A stretch of DNA of 64,000 bases, taken from NCBI GenBank assembly GCA_030390025.1, contig CM059432.1:90336001-90400000 (forward strand), written 5' to 3'. How positions within the stretch are numbered: the first letter of the stretch is position 1; each line of letters opens with the position of its first letter. Under the pieces are notes generated by a model, which made no database searches, was not told where the DNA came from, and was given only the letters and a program-made list of their open reading frames with translations. This document shows positions 52,001 to 62,230 of this stretch, in pieces. The stretch is from Squalus acanthias. Taxonomy: Eukaryota. A program made the position numbers and the translations under genes.

Positions 52001-52698
52001 AGTGAATTGAATTGGCTGAAGACTGGCTTCTGTGATGGTCGGACCTCAGGAGGAGGCCGATATGGATCATCCACTCGGCACTTCTGGCTGAAGATGGTTG
52101 CAAACGCTTCAGCCTTGTCTTTTGCACTCGTGTGCTGGGCTCCATCATCATTGAGGATTGGGATATTCATGGAGCCTCCTCCTCCCGTTAGTTGTTTAAT
52201 GGTCCGCCACCATTTACGACTGGATGTGGCAGGACTGCAGAGCTTTGATCTGATCTGTTGATTGTGGGATCGCTTAGCCCTGTCTATAGCATGCTGCTTC
52301 AACTTTTTAGCATGCATGTAGTCCTGTGTTGCAGCTTCCCCAGGTTGGCACCTCATTTTTATGTACGCCTGGTGCTGCTCCTGGCATGCTCTTCTGCACT
52401 CCTTATTGAACCAGGGGGCATAGATTTAAAGTAGTTGGTAGAAGGATTAGAGGGGAGATGAGGAATTTCTTTTCACCCAGAGGGTGGTGGGGGTTTGAAA
52501 CTCATTGCCTGAAAGGGTGGTAGAGGCAGAAACCCTCATCACATTTAAAAAGTACTTGGATGTGCACTTGAAGAGCCATAACCGACAGGGCTGCGGACCT
52601 AGTGCTGGAAGGTGGGATTAGGCTAGGTAGCTCTCTTCCGACCGGCACGGACATGATGGACCAAGTGGCCTCCTTCTGCGCCGTAATTTTTCTATGAT
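49022..52698 (+). mobile_element. CR1 LINE (endonuclease to early RT at 49022-50425; 3' end at 52408-52698)
   Basis: ORF 49111..50190 (GDFN, SDH, KLPGPD). The RT core is missing where family B is inserted. Confidence 0.88.
50430..52416 (-). mobile_element. LINE family B, ~2 kb, inside the CR1
   Basis: ORFs 51919..52356, 51458..51952, 51257..51445 and 50995..51297; 3' stem-loop at ~50447-50490. Confidence 0.92.
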
Positions 52699-52736
52699 TT
52701 GCGCCTGGCTGTCCCTGGAGATGGAGAACGCGGTGT

Positions 52737-52930
52737 CCAACTACTTTAAATCTATGCCCCCTGGTTCTTGACCCCTCTGCTAAGGGAAATAGGTCCTTCC
52801 TATCCACTCTATCTAGGCCCCTCATAATTTTATACATTTCAATTAAATCTCCCCTCAGCCTCCTCTGTTCCAAGGAAAACAACCCCAGCCTATCCAATCT
52901 TTCCTCATAGCTAAAGTTTTCCAGTCCTGG
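52737..52930 (-). mobile_element. Tail-less internal CR1 fragment, inverted
   Basis: GLENFSYEERLDRLGLFSLEQRRLRGDL...RGHRFKVVG; shares 31 bp in inverted orientation with 52408-52438. Confidence 0.8.
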
Positions 52931-53083
52931 CCTTCCGCAACCGGTGGGCACTGATTTATTAAGGTTCCTTTTTATTTGTTTTGAGTTAGTCTTTATTGTT
53001 TGTGCCCCTTTAAAAAGGGGGCACATGGTTGACTTTTAATTGGCAATTGCTGCAAGAAGAGTCAGCCCCACTTCTGACCTTTA

Positions 53084-53740
53084 TAAGAACATAAGAAATA
53101 AGAGCAGGAGTAGGCCTTACGGCCCCTCGAGCCTGCTCCGCCATTCAGTAAGATCATGGCTGATCAGCGACCTCAACTCCACTTTCCCACCTGATCTCCA
53201 TATCCCTTGATTCCCCTAGAGTCCAAAAATCTATCTATCTCAGCCTTGAATATACTCAAAGACTCAGCATTCACAGCCCTCTGGGGCAGAGAATTCCAAA
53301 GATTCACAACCCTCTGAGTGAAGAAATTCCTCCTCATCTCAGTCCCTCATCTCAGTCTTAAATGGCCTACCCCTTATCCTGAGACTATGCCCCCTAGTTC
53401 TAGACACTCCAGCCAGGGGAAACAACCTCTCAGCATCTACCCTGTCAATCCCCTTCAGAATCTTGTATGTTTCAATGAGATCACCTCTCATTCTTCTAAA
53501 CTCCAGAGAGTATAGGCCCATTCTACACAATCTCTCATCATGGGACAGCCCTCTCACCCCACAAATCAATCTAGTGAACCTTCGTTGCACCACCTCCAAG
53601 GCAAGTATATCCTTCCTTAGATAAGGAGACCAAAACTGTGCACAGTACTCCAGGTGTGGTCTCACCAAGGCCCTGTACAATTGTAGCAAGACTTCCTTAC
53701 TCTTCTACTCAACCCCCTTGCAATAAAGGCCAACATGCCT
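53084..53740 (-). mobile_element. CR1 3' fragment inserted in the diverged family B copy
   Basis: ORF 53339..53689; tail (TTCTTATG)n at ~53084-53100. Confidence 0.88.
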
Positions 53741-55239
53741 TTGATGGAGGGAAGGTCATTGATGAAGCAGCTGGAGATAGTTGGGCCTTGGATGCTGCCC
53801 TGAGGCACTCCTACAGCAATGTCCTGGGGCTGAGATGATTGGCCTCCAACAAACACAACCATCTTTTGTATTTAGTATGAATCCAGCGACTGGAGAGTTT
53901 CCCCCCTGATCCCCATTGACAAGTTTTACTAGGGCTCCTTGGTGCCACATTGGTCAAATATTGCCTTCATGTCCAGGGCAGTCACACTCACCTCGCCTCT
54001 GGAATTCAACTCTTTTGTCATGTTTGGACCAAGGCTGTAATGAGGTCTGGAGATGAGTGGTCCTGACTGAACCCAAACTGAGCATCGGTGAGCAGATTAG
54101 TAAGTGCCGCTTGATAACACTGTTGATCACGCCTTCCATCACTTTGCTCAAGATTGAGAGTAGGCTGTTGAGTCTCTGTGGTCATTTTCTTCGATGAGGA
54201 ATTCCTCCTTCATCTTGCCCTCAGGTAGTAGTGGAAGTCTAAGGGTAGACAAGAGTGCGAGTTAAATAAAGCTGTTGTATTTGTTTTGTTAATAGTTACA
54301 AATTATATCAGTATGGAGGATGTATTCCAGAGTTGCGAGTTCTTTTTATAAAAATAAAATATGCAGGCCTCCACACTTTGCCATAGCTCTAACTCTTGTG
54401 TACATTAGTGTTGTCACTAAAATTTCAGTAAAGTGTAATGATGGATGTGTGAAATTTATTATACTATGTCAACTTGAACTTATCGGGCAGGGAAGAGAAA
54501 CACCTATGAGTGCAATAATGGATTTTGTCCTGCATTCTGCCTGGAGAGAACATTTTGAGCTTTGAAATTCTAGGGTTAAGTATTAGTGATTACAGGCTTG
54601 GCACTTGTGATTTTACTTTGGTGGTGGGTGGCAGGTGGGAGGAGGAAGAGGGTCAGCTGGATGTCTGGCATGTACAGAAATCTATCACCAAGGTTAAAAG
54701 TGTCCAAACTGAAAACTCTACTCCACTTGTTGCATTTCTGTTTGCCCATTATGGAGTCTTTGTAGGTTATGTCCCACTTACCTAATCCCAGAGATCTTGG
54801 GTGCAGGATAGCAGAGCTTGAACTTCGATATTGCGAAGTGTGCACGGGGACACTGCTGGAGTTTAACCAATTAAAACTGCACAGCTTACTGGAGTTCCTG
54901 GTGTTTATTCAGCTCGGGCCACCCTACCAGTTGGAGCATTGCCTTGCAGACTTATCTGGCGCCAAGTGGAAAGTATCCCAATTCCTAGTGACAGGTCTAA
55001 GTTGCCAAGTGCTATTAATGAGCTAGTTTTCTGGTAAATCATTAATAGTACCCTGAAATACTGTGGACCTACCTAGTTTTGGTATCGAATTACGGAGTCT
55101 TGTCACAGAGGATTGTTTTAGTTCTGAGCTTCCATTGGCAGGCAAGACTCTGCTAGTGGCCTTCCACCCTCCCAATGAGGATAGTCATCATACAACTGAC
55201 AATTGTGGGCTTGAGCTCGTACTTTGTTATAAAAAATAT

Positions 55240-55567
55240 TTGCTCTCGGGATGTTGATGAAGGCTGCATTTATTGTCCAGCCCTAGTTGGTGGGTCACCT
55301 TCATCTGAGCAATTGCTTTTACAACTGAGTGGTTTGCTAGGTGTTGAGTGAACTACATAGTGTAGGACTGAAGTCATGTGTAGACCAGACCAAGCAGGAA
55401 TGACAGTTTCCCTTCCCTGGAGGACATTTAGTGAACCAGTTGGTCAATTTCTTTTTTTCTGTTACCAGGCGACACATTACATGATTTATTAAATTCAATT
55501 TTATAATTTTGAACTCGTGACTTCTGGGTTTCTAATCTAGTAACATAACCTCTACACTACCATACCC
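55240..55567 (-). mobile_element. Old tRNA-headed SINE related to 4020-4271
   Basis: Reverse strand starts GGGTATGGTAGTGTAGAGGTTATG...GAGTTCAAA (A and B boxes), then the CTGGTTCACTAAATGTCC core and a family B-like tail. Confidence 0.6.
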
Positions 55568-56329
55568 AACATTGGTGGACAACAGAGACGAGGAACCCCT
55601 CACGGTGAATGGTGAGCAACGCAACTCACTATAAGATGGGTGAGTGCATTGCCATGATCTTGCTTACCACAGCATGGACACCCATTGAAAGGTGGTTGAA
55701 AGTGTAGAACTTCAGCAACTGCTGCTTGTCTCTCTACAACCCAGCATGGCCAGTGCAAAGCCATGGATGTTGTTAGACTATCTGAATTTGAGGGTTCCGA
55801 CTTTTATTTTAAAGTTTAGTTTGTAATTTAGGCTTGAGACTCTACAATGAGAAACTCGTTGAGTATCTTTTTATGTCATTGGTGTAAAAAGATCATGCAT
55901 TACCAATCTGGAAGACACCAATAGTTCATAACCTGGACCACTTCTCTTGCACACTCCTGGGGGTGAACTCCTCAGAGTTTCTCAAAGTTTCCTTATTTAA
56001 ACCCTACGGTCCTAGGTGTGTGTGATCACTGTCATGTTTGCCCATTAGATGATTATACTAAAAGTGTTAAGAACAAGTCCATATAAGGCAAAACTAATGA
56101 GCAGACATCTACAGTTCTGTTAATGAGATGAATACTATTCTTTGTACCAGTGAGTACCAATTATCTTATCACCCAGCCCATTGTTTCTGCAGCTGGTTAC
56201 TGCTCACTCTTGGGAATCAGTTGACTCTCCAGGTCTGTCTTTAATCCTGAATTCCTTCCACATTGCTGTACATTAGTTCTACATTATAATTGGTATGTTA
56301 ATTCTAAATTTCAATAGATTAACTTTATA

Positions 56330-57270
56330 TTTCAACAATACAAGATGTGTTCTCATACCTGGCCTTCAGGTAACACTTCCAGCATCAGTCTTCCCAAGTC
56401 TGTTTCCTTATCAGCTATATGATCGGAATCTGCTTTTAATGTGATTGAAGAAGCTACATAGAGCCGCTAGTGTCATGCCAGCCACCTTGATGTTCTAGAT
56501 AACCAAGTCCAATGCCATGTACCAGGCTTAATCGCTGCCAATTTCTTAACATGACCTCATGCAAGGGCTTTGGCAAAGGGGTGTGGCTGCTATGAGGCTG
56601 ACTCCCCTCCATTGTATTTATTGAAGGTTGGTGTAGACTGGAGCCTTCCCTTCCCATATCTACTCTCTTTTGCCACAAATCCACCTCACAATTTGGTCCA
56701 GGTTCTTGTATGTTGGCTGAAGGAAGCCCTTCTGTGCATGCCTGGGAGTTCTGAACCATGAAGTGTTGGTGTTTGGACTCATGTTTTACACTCCACAAGC
56801 TTAACCAGCATTGAAGTCTTTCTGCCATTGAAGGAAGACCAACGTGCTCATCACCCTTTTTGAACGCAATCTGGAGGACTGCGTCCAGGCCAAAGTTTGC
56901 ATCCATCAGGCGCCCCAGGTACAGATATGAATCAAAATTGGGACAAGTGAACCTTGGATTTTCCAATGTATATCTTCAAGGTCCTCTCTTGAGCCATGCA
57001 AGACCATAATGCTTCATTTGGGGTCACCCACCCTGATATCCTACTGTTTAGCCCATTGTTCAAGGTGGTGAGTCGAATGTACTAGATTCCTTGCAACAGG
57101 AAAGGGAGTGCAGCAGTATTTTTTGCACTGCTTGGATAGACAGCCGGAAAACCATCTTGTACGCTGCCCTCCACCATATTATTGATGAAGACATAAAATA
57201 GTCTGGGTAGCAGTGGCCATCCTTGCCTTACTCCTATTTTGAGACCGGATAGTTCAAATAAGCCTCCTAA
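56330..57270 (-). mobile_element. Highly degenerate non-LTR RT (RTE/RTEX-like)
   Basis: GVRQGWPLLPRLFYVFIN (RT motif), SYLYLG, and in another frame PTLHGSEL (cf. P.LLYG.E.W). Confidence 0.45.
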
Positions 57271-57961
57271 TTGAGCGATTTGGAAATTGGTTGTGTGCCA
57301 CAAAACAATTAATTATAAAATTAATTGAGCTACAAATACAATGGTGCTGTATTTAACAGCAAGATTTTTTATCTTGAATTTTTTTTTAAATATGAAAAGT
57401 AATTGGGTATTGTTCAGTTATTATTTGAGCACATTTTGTAGCTTCTTCACTAGGCTGTCAGATGGTGGTGTTGTGGCTGTGCTAAGACCTGATGTTATAA
57501 TCCAGGACAAAGTTTTTAATTTGTCTGGGCTACTGGAGCTGCTGTACTAACTTTCTATACAATTAATACATAGTTTTGTACATCAGGCAATAATTATTTG
57601 TTTTCCTGTTTGTGAATCAAGTGGCTGTCATCCACAAACACAAGGCCGAATGGGAGGGAAGAAGTGGATGTAAGACTAGAGTTTATCAAATTAATGCACT
57701 TTGAGGTTTCTGAAACAGCACTGACAAGAAAACATTCCCTGAAATGGGTCATCATTACATTGGTAATGATTTGCCACATAAATCAGACAAGATTTATATT
57801 ATTTTACATGTTGTATTTTGACCAATTTCAGGTCCAATTTGATTTCAAACAAAGTAAAAATGACACATTGTTCGAGCTGTTCTGGCCTTCAGGCTGAAGG
57901 CGGTGTGGAGGGTTAAGTGGGAATAAAATGTTTGTTAAGCTCTGATTTGTTTTTGTTTTAG

Positions 57962-58111
57962 ATGAAGTTAAGGATTCTTCAGTCCTATGTAAATGATCTT
58001 GGTGACCAGAATGAAGTCTTGGTTCAAACCGTTGAAGACCTTGAGCGAGAAGCAAATGAAAAGGTTGCAAATCTGGATAATAAACTTCGTCGAGCTGACC
58101 AAATATTATAT
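57962..58111 (+). CDS. Uncharacterised coiled-coil protein, next coding exon (50 codons)
   Basis: Acceptor ctgatttgtttttgttttAG (57960-57961); MKLRILQSYVNDLGDQNEVLVQTVEDLEREANEKVANLDNKLRRADQILY; donor TAT|GTAAGA; phase 0/0, compatible with exon 1. Confidence 0.85.
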
Positions 58112-58737
58112 GTAAGACTACATGCATGTTTTTCTTTCTTTGTCTTTGACTTTCAGTACAGATAATCGACAAAAGTTTAGTGAAATCTGAAAAAGTATCT
58201 TCTAGACAACAGTATCTTGAGCCTTTGACTATAGAAGTGCCAGTTTGTTGTAGGTAATGATACTAGGTGGAAAATGATGGCCACCTATATAAATTATCTC
58301 TGTGACCTTCACATTTTTTCTGAAGATCCAGCCCACACAAGTTGGTGAGTTGAGCCTTCAGCTTCTGCTGGATGTTGAAGGTACATCTTACTCCCACCCC
58401 ACCCAGACTGTATTAACCTTATAGACTTGGATGTTCCAGCCATCTGCTGTAGAATCACTTCAATTTTTAGTAAACACTAACCACTGGAGCTTCTAATTAC
58501 ATCACCAATTTTAAACAAAACTTTCCAAATTTCTTTATCGCGTGACGCTAGTTTCCTTTTGAAAATAGGCATGTTTGGCAACTTGCTGTGTGTTCAACTC
58601 ACAAGCCTAAGATTTAATACCGTCTCAATTTTTAAAACCTGTTTTTTCACCAAATTTAATGTACAAGGCCTTGGTTATAGCTACTAGTGGAGTATGGTGT
58701 CCAGTCTTGGTCCTCACACATGGGGATGGGATTTTGT

Positions 58738-59782
58738 TTTATTCATTCGAGATGTGGGCGTTGTTGGCAAGACCAGCATTTATTGCCCATGCCTAATTGC
58801 CCTTGAGAAGGTGGTGGTGGTGAGCTGCCTTCTTGAACTGCTGCAGTTTGTGAGGTGAAGGTACTCTCTCAGTGCTGTTAGGGAGGGAGTTCCAGGATTT
58901 TGACCCAGCGATGATGAAGGAACAACGATATATTTCCAAGTCAGGATGGTGTGTGACTTGGAAGGGAACTTGGTGTTGGTGTTCCCAGGCACCTGCTGTC
59001 CTTGTCCTTCTAGGTGACAGAGCTCGCGAGTTTGATTGGTGCTGTTGAAGAAGCCTTGGCGAGTTGCTGCAGTACATCTTGTAGATGGTGTACACTGCAG
59101 ACACGGTGCGCCAGTGGTGGAGGGAGTGAATGTTTAAGGTGATGGATGGGATGCCAGTCAAGCGGGCTGCTTTGTCCAGGATGGTGTCAAGCTTCTTGAG
59201 TGTTTTTGGAGCTGCATTCATCCAGGCAAGTGGAGAGTATTCCATCACACTCCTGACTTGTGCCTTGTAGATGGTGGAAAGGCTTTGGGGAGTTGGGAGG
59301 TGAGTCACTCATGCAGTATACGTAGCCTCTGACCTGCTCTTGCAGCTACTGTATTTAGGTGGCTGGCCCAGTTAAGTTTCTGGTCAATGGTGACCCCCCA
59401 GGATGTTGATGGTGGGGGATTCAATGATGGTAATCCCATTGAATGTTAAGGGGAGGAGGCTAGACTCTCTTATTGGAGATAGTCATTGGCTGGCACGTGT
59501 GTGGTGTGAATGTTACTTGCCACTTATCAGCCCAAGCCTGGATGTTGTCCAGGTCTTGCTGCACGCGGGCACCAACTGCTTCATTATCTGAGGAGTTGCG
59601 AATGGAACTGAACACTCTGCAATCATCAGCGAACATCCCCACTTCTGACCTTATGATGGAGGGAAGGTCATTGATGAAGCAGCTGATGATGGTTGGGTTG
59701 AGGACACTGCCTGAGGAACTCCTGCAGCGATGTCCTGGGGCTGAGATGATTGGCCGACAACAACCACAACCATCTTCCTTGT
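58738..59782 (-). mobile_element. LINE family B, 5'-truncated
   Basis: ORFs 58793..59308 and 59460..59642 (MFADD); 3' stem-loop. Confidence 0.9.
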
Positions 59783-60174
59783 GGTAGAGAAATGTTGGTT
59801 GAGGGGCATTTATCTAATGGCGATCATAACATGATCGAGTTCAACGTAGTGTTTGAAAGGGCGAAACAACTACCAAGATTCCAGATTTAGGTAAGGCCGA
59901 CTTCAACGGGATGAGGCAGAGACTGTCCACAGTAAACTGGGCAAATCTGTTAATGGGCAAAACGACAGAAAATCAGTGGGAGGTGTTCAAAAAATAATTC
60001 AATATGATACAGAACCAGTTTATACCCCTGAAGGGCAAGAGCTTTACTTGCCAAAAAAACAGTCATGGATGACTAAAGAGGTAAGAGACAGCATAAAACT
60101 AAAAGAAAAAGCATACAAAAATTTTAAAAATAGCGCAGATCCTGGTGAATGGGAAAGACACAAAGAACAGCAAA

Positions 60175-60592
60175 GGAACATAGGAACAAGAGTAGGCCAT
60201 TGAGCCCCTCGTGCCTGTTCTGCCATTCAATGAGATCATAGCTGATCTGTGACCTAACTCCATATACCTGCCTTTGGCCCATATCCCCTCATACCTTTTG
60301 GTTAACAAAAAACTATCAATCTCAGATTTAAAATTAACAATTGATCTAGCATCAATTGCTGTTTGCGGAAGAGAGTTCCAAACTTCTACCACCCTTTGTG
60401 TGTAGAAGTGTTTCCTAATTTCACTCCTGAACGGTCTGGCTCTAACTTTAGACTGTGCTCCCTAGTCCTAGACTCCCCAGCCAGCGGAAATAGTTTCTCT
60501 CTATCTACCTTATCTGTTCCCTTTAATATCTTAAACTTCGATCAGCTCACCCCTTAACCTTCTGAATTCTAGGGAACACAACCCTAATTTGT
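60175..60592 (-). mobile_element. CR1 3' fragment inserted in the host CR1
   Basis: Reverse complement of the subfamily at 3045-3332; host frame EQQR|VTEQIV rejoins; possible AAAGG duplication. Confidence 0.85.
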
Positions 60593-60660
60593 GTAAAGGG
60601 TGACAGAACAGATAGTAACATCTACAAAAAGGGAGTATGAAAAGAAACTTGCAAGGGATA

Positions 60661-61980
60661 TCGACTTCTCCGTCTCCATCTCTGGGGATAGGTTATTGAC
60701 TAACATTCACTACAAGCCCACTGACTCCCACAGCTACCTGGACTACACTTCCTCCCATCCCGCCTCCTGTAAGGACTCTATTCCATTCTCCCAGTTTCTC
60801 CGTCTCCGCCGCATCTGCTCTGAAGATGCCACCTTCCATACCAGTGCTTCCGACATGTCTTCCTTTTTCCTCAACCGAGGATTCCCCTCTACCGTGGTCG
60901 ACACGGCCCTCGACCGTGTCCGTTCTATCTCCTGCACTTCTGCCCTCACCCCTGCCCCTCCCTCCCGGAACCACGATAGAGTTCCCCTTGTCCTCACCTT
61001 TCACCCCACCAGCCTCCACATTCAACGGATCATCTTCCGCCACCTCCAGCGTGATCCCACCACCAAACGCATCTTCCCCTCCCCTCCCCTTTCAGCATTC
61101 CGCAGGGACCGCTCCCTCCGTGACACCCTAGTCCACTCCTCTACCACCCCCAGCACCCCTTCCCCTTCGCCCGGCACCTTCCCGTGCAAGCGCAGGAGAT
61201 GCAACACATGCCCTTATACCTCCCCTCTTCCCACTGTCCAGGGCCCCAAACACCCCTTCCAGGTGAAACAGCGATTTACTTGTACTTCCTGCAATTTAGT
61301 ATACTGTATTCGCTGCTCACGATGTGGTCTCCTCTACATTGGGGAGACCAAACGCAGATTGGGTGACTGCTTTGCGGAACACCTCCGTTCAGTCCGTAAG
61401 GGGGACCCCGAGCTCCCGGTCGCCTGTCACTTTAATTCACCGCTTCACTCCCACTCTGACCTCACCGTCCTCGGCCTATTACACTGTTCCACGGAAGCGC
61501 AGCGTAAGCTCGAGGAACAGCACCTCATCTTTCGTTTAGGCACGCTACAGCCCTCTGGACTCAATATCGAGTTCAACAATTTTAGATCATAACCGTAGCC
61601 CCAATCACATTTATATTTTATTTTTTCATCCGCCCTTTTATTTGGCCCCCCCTTTTTTTTCCCTCCTAGAAGCTGGCAGCTGTCCTTCATTCTGCCAGTG
61701 GATTTCACACTTCTTTCAGCCTTAACCTGTCACATTAACACCACCTCTTGCCTTGAATGTCTCTTAATCTCTCCTTTTGTTCTTTCATCCCCTCCCCCTT
61801 TTCCCAGCTTTATCCTTGTATTAAATCTATTTGATTTCCGGCTGTTTCCAGTTCTGACGAAAGGTCATCGACCTGAAACGTTAACTCTGTTTCTCTCTCC
61901 ACGGATGCTGCCTCGCCTGCTGAGTTTTTCCAGCGTTTTCTGTTGTTATTTCGGATTTCCAGCATCTGCAGTATTTTGCT
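60661..61980 (+). mobile_element. Penelope-like element, 5'-truncated (RT thumb, GIY-YIG endonuclease, 3' region)
   Basis: DFSVSISGDRLLTNIHYKPTDSHSYL..SSHP; VYCIRCSRCGLLYIGETKRRLGD.FAEH; ends GLNIEFNNFRS* at 61592 with no internal stops; TATCG at both junctions. Confidence 0.93.
61850..61886 (+). ncRNA. Minimal type I hammerhead ribozyme motif of the Penelope-like element
   Basis: AGUU-CUGACGA-A-AGGUC(AUC)GACCU-GAAA-CGUU-AACU: stem I AGUU/AACU, 5-bp stem II, palindromic AACGUU in place of stem III. Confidence 0.75.
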
Positions 61981-62230
61981 ATCGTAATAGAATTTTTACA
62001 ATTATATTAGGAAAAAGAGGGTGGTTAGGAGCAATGTTGGCCCCTTGAAAACTGATATCGATAATATTGTCGATGATCAGGAAATGGCGGACATGTTGAA
62101 TAATTACTTTGTCAGTATTTGCAGGAGAGGAAGAGGATAGCATGCCGAAAATCCCAAGGAAACTAATATTGAATCAGGTATAGGGACTCAATAAAATTAA
62201 TGTAAGCAAAATAGCAGTAATGAAGATAAT

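Larger units (their letters stand above)
48881..53062 (+). mobile_element. L1/Tx1-type LINE 3' fragment in three pieces (48881-49021, 52699-52738, 52929-53062)
   Basis: Pieces read EHLLIGLLLGLAEVAINRSRQRAVEG...LPLFRGYI | AWLSLEMENAVS | AFRNRWA; flanked by a 14-bp TSD CAGCCCCACTTCTG (48867-48880 and 53063-53076). Confidence 0.75.
48025..54170 (-). mobile_element. Diverged LINE family B copy in three pieces (48025-48880, 53063-53083, 53741-54170)
   Basis: Pieces rejoin as CAGCCCCACTTCTG|ACCTT..|TGATGGAGGGAAGGTCATTG, collinear with the intact copy at 59630-59680. Confidence 0.85.

Noticed and set aside
52502..53026. 174-aa ORF
   Set aside because: A chimera of antisense Tx1, the CR1 patch and an antisense CR1 tail.
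60600..61592. Novel CR1-GIY-YIG fusion protein
   Set aside because: A chance in-frame junction of a truncated Penelope element in a dead CR1; non-ATG start and no promoter evidence.
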